Virus record (IMG/VR): IMGVR_UViG_3300028840_006257
Coordinates: 149,011 to 213,010 of that record
DNA length: 64,000 nt
Strand: one strand, 5' to 3'
Shown here: one piece after another, positions 45,114 to 53,194 of the stretch
How positions within the stretch are numbered: position 1 is the stretch's first letter
How the letters are laid out: every line of letters starts with the position of its first letter
Notes under the pieces: generated by a model
Databases searched by the model: none
What the model was told of the DNA's origin: nothing
The model's input: only the letters and a program-made list of their open reading frames with translations
Program-made: the position numbers and the translations under genes

Positions 45114-47039
45114 TCAGGCCCACGCGGGTCTCACGAGCAGGTCCGTCCTGATGATCTGCTCCACCAGGGTGACACGACGGGGGCGCGCCCCCTGTTGGAT
45201 GGCGTCGCCCACGGGCGTCGCCGCGACCAGGTTCCTGACGATTCGGGGGATCGCGTAGGGGTCGTCGAACGTGTCCTCCTGGATCATGAAGCACGGGATC
45301 CCCAGCTTGGCCGCCGTGTCCCGGACGGCCGTGGCGTAGTCGTCGCCGTAGTGACGACGGCGCCACGCGGCCCCGCCCTCCTCGGCCACGACCTTGAGGA
45401 AGCCGAACGCCATGGGACGCAGGCCCGAGGCCTCGACCTCGCGCTCGAACGTCCTCTGCTGCTCCTCGTCGCCGGCGAACACGAACAGCGAGTCCTCGTC
45501 GTCCTTCGGCTGGTGGTGTCGGAGCGCCCAGACGCCCTGGCCGTAGTCGGTCGCCCCGCTCGCGTCGATGCCCCTGAAGGCGTGCTCTACGAGCTTGGTC
45601 GACAGCGAGCCGTCGAGCCCGTCGGCGCCCGCTGGTGCCCTGATGACGATCTCCTTCCCCACCGTGTTGAAGCAGGAGACGTGGACCCTGTCGGGCGGGA
45701 ACGACTGGAGGAACTTCGCGATCAGAGGCTTGGCGCGCTCGAGCGCCCCCTTCATCGAGGAGGAGCGGTCCACGATGAAGTAGGTGCGGATGTGTCGAAC
45801 TACCTCCTCGACGACCTTCTGGCTCGCCTTGTCGCCTCCCTCCTCCATCTGGTCTCTGAGCTCCTTCGACCGCACGTTGCGGGCGATGTTGGCCGCGCGC
45901 ATGTCCTCGGCGCGGGCCAGGGCCGCGGCGTGGCGCTCCTTGACGTCCTGCACCTTGAGGAGCCCTAGCTCCTCGAGGGTGGGCGTCATGATGATGATGT
46001 CCTTGTCGGACACGGAGCCCGCGTCGATGGCCGCGGCCACGACCGCGCGGGTGACTCCGATCTCCTTCGGGAGCAGGCCGACGATGCGTTTCCATCCGGG
46101 CCTGTCCTCCTCGATCTTGCGGCAGACGTCCTCCTCGCTGAGGTGCGCCCAGGACTCGGCCACCTTGACGTGCTTGCCGATCGCCATCTCGCGGCGTCCG
46201 TCCTCCGCCTGCTTCTGCTTCCACCGCAGTAGCTCGAAGAACCACTCGGAGCTCGGCTTGTAGCCGATCTTCCTGGCGAGGGTCATGACCGTGGTCCTGA
46301 ACCCGGCCTTCACGAGCCCCTCGAGCATCTTCGGGTTCTCCTCGCGGTACCGGAGCCACTTCTCCACGGCCTTGGGCCATCGGCCCAGGAAGGGACGCCT
46401 GGCCGACCGACCGAAGCCGAGCTCGCGGTTGATGGCCGCGATCTCGGGCACGGTCAGGACCTCCCAGATGCGCAGGAGCAGCTTCGGGTTCAGGTCCCGG
46501 TTCTTCTCCTGAAGGAGCATCATGGCCTCGCCCACGTCGCGGTAGTCTTCGTCCTCGAACAGGACCTCGCCGGCGTCGACGACGGGATCGCCCTTGCGAG
46601 ACTGCACCAGCATGAAGGCCGCGAGCACGACCTTCAGGTCCCGGTGCTCCTGACGGAACGCGTAGCTCGCCCAGCGCGCGGCGAACTCGTTGTCCATCTG
46701 CCACACGGCGGCGACCTGCCTGTAGAACCAGACGGCGACCTCGGGGAAGAGGCCGCTCTTGCGGTACAGCCCGATCTCACGGCCACCGTGGACGACCCTG
46801 TCGTCGCCGTCCATGGTGCCGATCTGGACGCGCTGCTGCTTCTTCCCGCGCCTCTCGAGGCGGTACACGACGCGCTCGCCATTCTCGCCCGCCTTGTGGG
46901 TGACGGGTTCCCACCTGACTCCGACAGTCGTACGCTGGTCGGGAACCACGATCCCGGGGCGTCCATGATATAGATGGTCCTGATGAGCGAGCAGTGTGTT
47001 GATGATCTGCTCGGCAGGTCCTAGACTTTCCTTTTCCAT
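45114..47039 (-). CDS. Ro60/TROVE-like helical protein with C-terminal vWA domain
   Basis: vWA MIDAS VDRSSSM, GATD, AGD; N-terminal FAARWASYAF..R, TLARKIGYKP, ESW echo TROVE motifs; GAGGAG RBS. Confidence 0.65.
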   Translation of the reverse strand: MEKESLGPAEQIINTLLAHQDHLYHGRPGIVVPDQRTTVGVRWEPVTHKAGENGERVVYRLERRGKKQQRVQIGTMDGDDRVVHGGREIGLYRKSGLFPEVAVWFYRQVAAVWQMDNEFAARWASYAFRQEHRDLKVVLAAFMLVQSRKGDPVVDAGEVLFEDEDYRDVGEAMMLLQEKNRDLNPKLLLRIWEVLTVPEIAAINRELGFGRSARRPFLGRWPKAVEKWLRYREENPKMLEGLVKAGFRTTVMTLARKIGYKPSSEWFFELLRWKQKQAEDGRREMAIGKHVKVAESWAHLSEEDVCRKIEEDRPGWKRIVGLLPKEIGVTRAVVAAAIDAGSVSDKDIIIMTPTLEELGLLKVQDVKERHAAALARAEDMRAANIARNVRSKELRDQMEEGGDKASQKVVEEVVRHIRTYFIVDRSSSMKGALERAKPLIAKFLQSFPPDRVHVSCFNTVGKEIVIRAPAGADGLDGSLSTKLVEHAFRGIDASGATDYGQGVWALRHHQPKDDEDSLFVFAGDEEQQRTFEREVEASGLRPMAFGFLKVVAEEGGAAWRRRHYGDDYATAVRDTAAKLGIPCFMIQEDTFDDPYAIPRIVRNLVAATPVGDAIQQGARPRRVTLVEQIIRTDLLVRPAWA

Positions 47040-47041
47040 GG

Positions 47042-47255
47042 CTAACTCCTCATGTGGGTTCGAATTCTGTGACAGACAGAGCAGACAAGGTCGCACTTGG
47101 CGATCTCAGCGAGAAGGAGAGGCACAGAGCCGCGGTAGACAAGGGCTGACACTTTGTCGATTTTCGTGGCCGGGTTACGGTGATCGAAATCCATCGCACA
47201 GGACGGAAAGGTCTTGCCGCAGTCAGCACACGGCCCTTGCTTTCTTATCGGTCAT
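47042..47255 (-). pseudogene. HNH endonuclease remnant
   Basis: PCADCG..P..MDFDH..EIAKCDLVCSVCHRIRT; the RBS-led ATG at 47255 is out of frame. Confidence 0.7.
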
Positions 47256-47414
47256 GGTCTTGTTCCTCTCTCATTCGTGCAAAGTGGAGCACCTCGGGCC
47301 TTCCCTTGTACTCCAGACGCAACGTAAAAAGCCGACCCTCCTGCAAACAGGGCCGAAATCCGTGTTTCGCTCCTCTTATGCCCTTGAAGGGCGTTTTTTC
47401 CGTTGATCCTTGGG

Positions 47415-47488
47415 TCCCGGAGGAGAGACTTGAACTCTCGACCTCCCGCTTATGAGGCGGGCGCTCTCGCCAGCTGAGCTACTCCGGA
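47415..47488 (-). tRNA. tRNA-Met/Ile2(CAU)
   Basis: Cloverleaf; CCCGC-CTCATAA-GCGGG. Confidence 0.88.
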
Positions 47489-47516
47489 GGTTGTGGACGC
47501 GTTTTCTGGGTCTCGG

Positions 47517-47590
47517 TAGCGGGGGTCGGATTCGAACCGACGGTACCCGGATCATGAGTCCGGCGCCTTACCTGACTTGGCTACCCCGCA
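47517..47590 (-). tRNA. tRNA-Met(CAU) with 1:72 mismatch
   Basis: CCGGA-CTCATGA-TCCGG. Confidence 0.85.
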
Positions 47591-47610
47591 TCGTGTTGCC
47601 GGGTTCCTTT

Positions 47611-47642
47611 TGGTGGATGTGGGAAGACTCGAACTTCCGAAG
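47611..47642 (-). pseudogene. orphan tRNA 3' half
   Basis: GGAAG-TTCGAGT-CTTCC-CACATCC-A-CCA with no matching 5' half nearby. Confidence 0.65.
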
Positions 47643-47650
47643 GCAGACGG

Positions 47651-47724
47651 TCGGCCCGGCTGGATTCGAACCAGCGATCTCCACTGTATCAGAGTGGCGT
47701 CCTCACCAACTAGACCACAGGCCG
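47651..47724 (-). tRNA. tRNA-Ile(GAU)
   Basis: CCACT-CTGATAC-AGTGG; Asp/Glu-style D arm. Confidence 0.82.
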
Positions 47725-47788
47725 AGCTGGGAATCGCAATCTCGCTGTCGGGAGCGCCCATCGTCTTCTCCTTTCCTGGTTGTCTCGG

Positions 47789-47862
47789 TAGGCCCGCCCG
47801 GACTCGAACCGGGGACCCCCCGTCGTGTCGAGACGGTGCTCTTCCTGCTGAGCTACGAGGCT
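47789..47862 (-). tRNA. tRNA-Val(GAC)
   Basis: CCGTC-TCGACAC-GACGG; one acceptor mismatch; C33. Confidence 0.8.
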
Positions 47863-47865
47863 GTG

Positions 47866-48054
47866 TCATTGTAGGCCCGCCCGGATTCGAACCGGGGACC
47901 CCTGTCGTGTGAAGGCAGTGTTCTCCCACTGAACTACGGACCTGCATGGGCGGGGTGAACGGGACTCGAACCCGCGACCTCCGAATCGACAATCCGGCGT
48001 TCTGGCCATCTGAACTACCACCCCAAGGCGATCGTCATCGTCATCATCAGCCAT
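47866..48054 (-). CDS. poly-Asp leader ORF reading through tRNA-Asp and tRNA-Val(CAC)
   Basis: AAAGGAGG RBS, ATG GCT, six Asp codons, CGC CTT, then the tRNA-Asp 5' end. Confidence 0.6.
   Translation of the reverse strand: MADDDDDDRLGVVVQMARTPDCRFGGRGFESRSPRPCRSVVQWENTAFTRQGSPVRIRAGLQ
47872..47943 (-). tRNA. tRNA-Val(CAC)
   Basis: Loop TTCACAC; 3' end nearly identical to Val(GAC). Confidence 0.85.
47951..48024 (-). tRNA. tRNA-Asp(GUC)
   Basis: CCGGA-TTGTCGA-TTCGG; G73. Confidence 0.9.
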
Positions 48055-48096
48055 TGGACTGTCCTCCTTTCGGTTGCGGATTTGAGGGTCTTGCTG

Positions 48097-48169
48097 AGCC
48101 GGAGGTGGGAATCGAACCCACGAGTTTCCTCTTTACCAAAGAGGTGCCTTTCCACTTGGCCACACCGGC
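48097..48169 (-). tRNA. tRNA-Thr(GGU)
   Basis: CCTCT-TTGGTAA-AGAGG. Confidence 0.88.
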
Positions 48170-48175
48170 GTCGGA

Positions 48176-48439
48176 TCAGTCCCAATGCGGTAGAACTTCA
48201 ACAGGGTCCTGGTCCTGAAGATGTTTCGTCAGGAGTTCAGTTGTCGCCGCGTCTTCTGAGTTCTCTGGAGCGGCACCTTTCAGCATCGCTTCGAACCATG
48301 TTCGATGCTCGGCTCGGAGACGTCCGTCTAGTGCCCGCTGAAGCCTCTCCATACGGTATGCGCCGCGCGGATTGCCGTTCTTTTCATCCGCATCGTCAAG
48401 ACTTTGCGTGTATCTGAGGAAATTTTTGACGGTGATCAT
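48176..48439 (-). CDS. hypothetical protein inside the tRNA array
   Basis: AAAGGAG RBS; lower GC. Confidence 0.55.
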   Translation of the reverse strand: MITVKNFLRYTQSLDDADEKNGNPRGAYRMERLQRALDGRLRAEHRTWFEAMLKGAAPENSEDAATTELLTKHLQDQDPVEVLPHWD

Positions 48440-48481
48440 GGATTTTCTCTCTCCTTTCAGTTCTGTAACCTGGGTACACTG

Positions 48482-48555
48482 AGCCCGCGGTCGGAATCGA
48501 ACCGACGAACCTGCCGATTACGAATCGGCCGCTCTGCCGACTGAGCTACACGGGC
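48482..48555 (-). tRNA. tRNA-Thr(CGU)
   Basis: GCCGA-TTCGTAA-TCGGC. Confidence 0.92.
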
Positions 48556-48590
48556 GCGTTTTTGTCTCTTCTCTCGATGAAAGTTCTCGG

Positions 48591-48662
48591 AGCTGGCGAT
48601 GGGAGTCGAACCCGCAACCGCCTGATTACAAATCAGGTGCTCTACCGTTGAGCTACGCCAGC
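48591..48662 (-). tRNA. tRNA-Thr(UGU)
   Basis: CCTGA-TTTGTAA-TCAGG. Confidence 0.92.
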
Positions 48663-48684
48663 AGGAGCTGACGAGGCCGCGGCA

Positions 48685-48847
48685 CCGTGTTGAGCATCCC
48701 CTCCGGGGTCCCCGGCGGGCTTCCTTCAGTTGGTCACGCGCCGGGAAATGCTCAACACGGGGTCGTATCGCCCGAAATGGGGCGTACGAAGGCCACGACC
48801 GCCATCAGGGCGGCTGTCGTGGCCGATGTTGTCGTGGAGCGTTTCAT
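48685..48847 (-). promoter_or_regulatory. attenuator-like leader: Thr-rich mini-ORF (48847-48752) plus 13-bp inverted repeat
   Basis: MKRSTTTSATTAALMAVVAFVRPISGDTTPC; its stop lies inside CCGTGTTGAGCAT/ATGCTCAACACGG. Confidence 0.55.
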
Positions 48848-48933
48848 GGCGTGTGTGTGCGCGTCGGTCCTGCGCTTTAACCCCCGTCCGTCAGGACGGT
48901 GCGCCGATCCTGCCAAGGGAACGACGCAACCCA

Positions 48934-48962
48934 TGTGTACGCCGTCTTTCGCCGCAAGTCAA
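48934..48962 (-). promoter_or_regulatory. sigma70-type promoter of the tRNA array
   Basis: TTGACT-17-TACACA. Confidence 0.55.
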
Positions 48963-48983
48963 GCGCCTTCTCGTCCGCGGCTC

Positions 48984-49247
48984 TCAGTCCAGGTCGTCCC
49001 AGGGGTCTTGATGCTCGTCAGGGTCGGGGGTGTCCTGGAGCATCTCCAGTCCGCGGAGCAGGAGCAGCAGGAGCAGCACGAGGATCGCGAACCAACCCAT
49101 CCCGAGCAGCGCGAGCACGAGGAAGGGACGCCATGGCGGGAAGGCCAGAGCGACGATCCCGAGGCTCCCGGCGAGGGCCAGGTACCAAAGCCCTCGCCTC
49201 TGCACGAGACGCCAGGTTTCCCGGATCTTTTCGCCGTGCGTGGTCAT
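48984..49247 (-). CDS. small 2-TM membrane protein
   Basis: Two hydrophobic helices; ATGA overlap. Confidence 0.65.
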   Translation of the reverse strand: MTTHGEKIRETWRLVQRRGLWYLALAGSLGIVALAFPPWRPFLVLALLGMGWFAILVLLLLLLLRGLEMLQDTPDPDEHQDPWDDLD

Positions 49248-49765
49248 CGGGAAGTCGGGAGGTCGTACACGGTGACGGGGATGTCGTTGGCGACGAAGTG
49301 CTGCTCGAGGAGGGGCTCGATCTCATCCCAGGAGCCGCCAGCCAGACCGCACCCGATCCGTGGCATGTGCACCGAGACTCGACGTTCGGGATGGCTCTGA
49401 GCGTACTCCGCGATCATCCGGAACCCGTAGGCTATCGCCTCGTAGCGGACGGGAGATTTTCCCTTCGGGCCCCTCTTGAGTCCGCGCTGCCCCACGATGT
49501 TCGCGACCCAGATGTCGTTCTCGACTGGGACGAGCTGCATCGCCCCGAGCAGCTTCTTCCCCCTCTCCAGGGAGTCCGCCACCCAGCGGCGGTACTCGAC
49601 CTCGGGCCTCTTCCACCTGTCGGAGAGCGCCAGCACGAAGCCCGCGCCCCAGGCCCCCTCGTCGTTGCAGCAGTGGGCGATGATCTTGAGCCCGTCGCCC
49701 TCGGGACGGGTGGCGTCGCCCGTGACGTACTCGATGGAGGTGGACATCTCTTCGGCAGCACTCAT
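49244..49765 (-). CDS. macrodomain ADP-ribose hydrolase (Poa1/TARG1/DarG-like)
   Basis: YVTGDAT, IIAHCCND.G.WGAGF, MPRIGCGLAGG.W; may start at 49747. Confidence 0.9.
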   Translation of the reverse strand: MSAAEEMSTSIEYVTGDATRPEGDGLKIIAHCCNDEGAWGAGFVLALSDRWKRPEVEYRRWVADSLERGKKLLGAMQLVPVENDIWVANIVGQRGLKRGPKGKSPVRYEAIAYGFRMIAEYAQSHPERRVSVHMPRIGCGLAGGSWDEIEPLLEQHFVANDIPVTVYDLPTSR

Positions 49766-49780
49766 GTTCGTTTTACTCGG

Positions 49781-50833
49781 TTACGTGTTGCCGCGGGCCA
49801 GGACCTCCGCGAAGGACACCTTGAACTGATGCTCGCCGATCACGGCCCAGCGACCGGGGTCAAGGTCGGCGTTGTACCAGTCCCACCAGACGATCGACTT
49901 CTCGGGGGTCGGCGTCCGAGAGAGGAGATCCCTCATCTCTGCTGGCGTCTTGTACGCCGTGCTCGCGGGCACGACCTTCTCGTAGCCGAGAGCCCGCCAC
50001 TCGGCCACGGAGCGTGTCGGGTAGTCCTCGGGCATCGAGTTCTGGGAGTCGTAGATCTGCGGGACCCCGAAGTCTGCCTTGGAGAATTCCGCGAACGGGA
50101 ATCTCGCGTGGTACCAGGGCGCTCCGTAGCTCGTCAGGCCGACGGGGCATCCGAGGCTCGTCATCTTGTCGATCAGGACCGTGGCCTGGGCGCCCTGGTC
50201 GTACCAGGGAGCCTCGCAGTCCATGACGATCCCCTTCGCCCCCCACTCCTGCCGTGTCTCCCACATGGTCGCGACGTAGTCGTCCTCGCGGTTCGGCACC
50301 GGCCAACCCCAGATCCAGAGCTCGCAGCCCGTGTCCTCCCACGCCCGCTTGTAGTCGTCGAAGCTCGACTCGTTGTAGTACTTGTCGTCGTTCGGGTCGT
50401 CGTACTGCCAGAGGCGTTGGACGCAGATCCACTGGATGCCGCGTTCGGTGATGTGCTGCTTCATGTTGTCGACGGTGCCGGTACCGGTCAGGCTCCGCAC
50501 GAACATCCCCTTCCCCCGCGGGATCCTGGCGTCGGGCTCCGGCTCGGGAGGCTGGGGTTCGGGCTCCGTGGGCGGCGTCGGGCCGAAGTCCACGCACACC
50601 TGGTTGAAGAGCATCGTGAGCGTGCGCAGGTCGACGGCGAGCGACAGGGTGTCGTTGTAGGAGTGGTCGATCTCGAAGCGCTCGATCGCCTTCCTGGTCT
50701 CGTCGCCGAAGATGCCGTCGACGGTGAGCTCGTAGCCGGCGAAGACGAGCGCCTCCTGCAGCGCCGTGATCTTGTCTCCCCGGGCGCCGTACTTGTAGTT
50801 GCGGGGATCGATCGTGAAGGGATTGGTCGCCAT
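49781..50833 (-). CDS. modular endolysin-like protein (PG-binding domain, Pro/Glu linker, glycoside-hydrolase-like domain)
   Basis: LQEAL..AGY..VDGIFG.ET..AI; DCE, GLTSY, PQIY. Confidence 0.75.
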   Translation of the reverse strand: MATNPFTIDPRNYKYGARGDKITALQEALVFAGYELTVDGIFGDETRKAIERFEIDHSYNDTLSLAVDLRTLTMLFNQVCVDFGPTPPTEPEPQPPEPEPDARIPRGKGMFVRSLTGTGTVDNMKQHITERGIQWICVQRLWQYDDPNDDKYYNESSFDDYKRAWEDTGCELWIWGWPVPNREDDYVATMWETRQEWGAKGIVMDCEAPWYDQGAQATVLIDKMTSLGCPVGLTSYGAPWYHARFPFAEFSKADFGVPQIYDSQNSMPEDYPTRSVAEWRALGYEKVVPASTAYKTPAEMRDLLSRTPTPEKSIVWWDWYNADLDPGRWAVIGEHQFKVSFAEVLARGNT

Positions 50834-50853
50834 CCCCCACACTACCGACCGTC

Positions 50854-51288
50854 CTACTGGGCGAGGATTTCGCTGACGGCCACGAGGGCGTTCGCGAACG
50901 AGTCGGAGGTCTCGCGGAGGCGCAGCTTCGGGTCCGTCACGTGGGCCCACTGACTTCCGGTCCACGAGATGGTGATGCCGTGGTGGACGGCCACGTCGCC
51001 CTCCTGGATGAGCTCACCGTAGACCGTCACGCTGCCCAGGCAGCGACACGCGGCCTCGCGCAGCTGGTCGTCGTCGAGCACGTCGAGCACCTCGCCGAGC
51101 TTCGAGCTGACGGCCCCGTAGCCCGCCCACAGCGTCTCGGAGGTGAGGTGCACGGCGTCCTTGAACTCGAGGCCCGTGATCACGAGCCACGGACGCAGCA
51201 GCTTGATGAGCGGGGTCGTCGCGGCGTTCCCCTCGAGCATCTGGGCGAGGCCCCCGATGACCGTCTTGAGTTCGGTGTCCTGTGTCAT
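50854..51288 (-). CDS. hypothetical protein
   Basis: GGGAG RBS. Confidence 0.65.
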   Translation of the reverse strand: MTQDTELKTVIGGLAQMLEGNAATTPLIKLLRPWLVITGLEFKDAVHLTSETLWAGYGAVSSKLGEVLDVLDDDQLREAACRCLGSVTVYGELIQEGDVAVHHGITISWTGSQWAHVTDPKLRLRETSDSFANALVAVSEILAQ

Positions 51289-51369
51289 GTCGTCTGTCTC
51301 CCTGTGCGGACGTCTTCGTGAAACTCCGGGCGCACTAGTCCCGGGGTCCCGAGACGCCGTCCTCGGATC

Positions 51370-51705
51370 CTACCCGCGCGAGAGACGATGTACCCGGGCC
51401 CGGCCGCCGATGGAGTCGATCAGGAGCTTCGCCGCGGCATCGGGGTTCACGTCGCCGCAGGTGAAGATGTCGGCCATCCACGCCGCGTGCTCGGGATACG
51501 TGTGAATGGTGGCATGAGACTCGGCCAGGATTACCCAGGCCGTCACTCCTTGCGGTTCGAACTTGTGGTAGTCGGAGGAGAGGACGGTCGCGCCGGTGGC
51601 CCTCACGGCCTCGACGAGAATCCCCCTCAGACGCTCCGGGTCGTCGAGCAAAGCGACCTCGGCGCCCCAGGCGTCCACGATGGCGTGGCGTCCCAGCTCG
51701 CGCAT
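51370..51705 (-). CDS. speD: S-adenosylmethionine decarboxylase proenzyme
   Basis: LGRH, KFEPQGVT, LAE-SH pyruvoyl site, IHTYPE, DIFTCG. Confidence 0.93.
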   Translation of the reverse strand: MRELGRHAIVDAWGAEVALLDDPERLRGILVEAVRATGATVLSSDYHKFEPQGVTAWVILAESHATIHTYPEHAAWMADIFTCGDVNPDAAAKLLIDSIGGRARVHRLSRG

Positions 51706-51784
51706 GTCACGAACCAGGAAGCGATAGACCCAAAAACCGGGGCCCCTTGGCGTGGTGCTTCGTCTATGGCCTCCCCCTCGTCGA

Positions 51785-52675
51785 ATGCCGAACGCGGTGC
51801 CAGGTTCCTCCCGTCTTCGCCGGGAGATCGTGAAGCTTGCGCGCGAGGATCGCGGATTCGCGCGGCTGCTCGTGGCCGAGTTCCATCGGCTCGCCGACCT
51901 GAAGCGACGGCAGATCACAAAGCTCGTCCAGGGCCCCCGGTCGTTCATGAGCATCTCCGCCTGGAAGGGCGACCGGAGTCGGTCCGAGAATAAGGCCGCG
52001 ATGGCCCGACTGCGTCGGGACCTCGAGAAGCAGGGGCTGCATCCCATCGACTCCTGGGCGACCTGGAAAGACGCGGAGACCGGCAAGCTATACGGAGAGG
52101 ACAGCTTCATCGTTCCGGGTGTCACCGCGCCCCAGGCGTTCGAGATAGGTCGCGAGTTCGAGCAGGACTCGGTGATCTACAGGTCACCGAAGGGCGTCCT
52201 GGCGATGTACGATACTCGAGGAGCCGAGCCCAAGGCGTACGTCGCTCACCGGGCGGACGGCTCTCCGGCCTACCGGGTCCAGACGGAGAAGTCTCCGAAG
52301 AGGGAGAAGGGAAAGGGACCGCGAGGGCGGGAGCGCGAGCAGGAGGAGCTGTTCAGTCGAACCCGCGGGGTCAACTTCGAGTTCGACTTCCTCTGGGACC
52401 ATCCCGTGCGGTTCGACGGCGAGACTCCCGTCACCCCGAAGCGGATGCGAGAGGTCGTCGGGCGCGCGTTCCGATCCGAGGGCGCTGGAATCAAGGCCCG
52501 GTGGGAGGAGTACCTGAAGCGCGAGTGGGAGGGCGGCAAGAAGATGGTCCGCAACACGAACCCGAAGAGCCGCGACGCGCACCCCAGGGTCACGATGCTC
52601 ACGCTGATGAGGACGGATCCGAAGTTCCGCGACGACGTCATCGCCCGCTTCAGACGAGAACGCCGGGAGGACTAG
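51785..52675 (+). CDS. hypothetical phage protein (DUF3293-like core)
   Basis: ISAW....EN....L..DL, E.SF, FEQDSV. Confidence 0.6.
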   Translation: MPNAVPGSSRLRREIVKLAREDRGFARLLVAEFHRLADLKRRQITKLVQGPRSFMSISAWKGDRSRSENKAAMARLRRDLEKQGLHPIDSWATWKDAETGKLYGEDSFIVPGVTAPQAFEIGREFEQDSVIYRSPKGVLAMYDTRGAEPKAYVAHRADGSPAYRVQTEKSPKREKGKGPRGREREQEELFSRTRGVNFEFDFLWDHPVRFDGETPVTPKRMREVVGRAFRSEGAGIKARWEEYLKREWEGGKKMVRNTNPKSRDAHPRVTMLTLMRTDPKFRDDVIARFRRERRED

Positions 52676-52962
52676 GCCTCTCCGCGGCTTCTCGTGTCGC
52701 GCTCGGCCGCCAGGACGGCCCGATGAGTCTCCTCGAGCGACTCGCTCGGACGCTCGGGGTCGAGGGCCCGCGCGGGGACAGGCGTCGAGTAGTCGAAGTC
52801 GATCAGCAGCGAGTTGTGACCGAAGCGGAAGCCGTGAAAGTAGCGACGTCGGAACGGCGGCGCGCTGACCTTCGACCAGGCGTGCCGATACGCCTCCCAG
52901 AGCCTGTTGCGGGCCCGTCGGGTCTTCTTCCGGCGCCTCTTCGTCTTGCTGTCTCGTGCCAC
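52672..52962 (-). CDS. hypothetical basic protein
   Basis: GGAGGT RBS before GTG. Confidence 0.5.
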   Translation of the reverse strand: MARDSKTKRRRKKTRRARNRLWEAYRHAWSKVSAPPFRRRYFHGFRFGHNSLLIDFDYSTPVPARALDPERPSESLEETHRAVLAAERDTRSRGEA

Positions 52963-53002
52963 GGGGCGCACCTCCGTCCCCTGGACGACTGGCTCGTAAA
53001 TT

Positions 53003-53194
53003 TTACATCTCGCGGCGGGACCGCGCGAGCTCCTCGGCCTCGTCCAGCGCCTCGGCGATGAGTTCCTCGAGCTTGTCGAGGTCGAGCCGGTGCACGTGAA
53101 TCGGAGAGGGTGACGGAAGGTAGCGCCGTTCGCGCCAGGCGTCGACGATCCGGCGAGCCTTCGCCTTCCTGTCTGTCGGTTCTCTCGTTTCCAC
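53003..53194 (-). CDS. hypothetical protein
   Basis: AAAGGT RBS; 63 aa. Confidence 0.55.
   Translation of the reverse strand: METREPTDRKAKARRIVDAWRERRYLPSPSPIHVHRLDLDKLEELIAEALDEAEELARSRREM

Noticed and set aside
47042-47300. Y RNA directly upstream of the TROVE-like gene
   Set aside because: Translates as a decayed HNH gene and lacks the CACAAGC motif.
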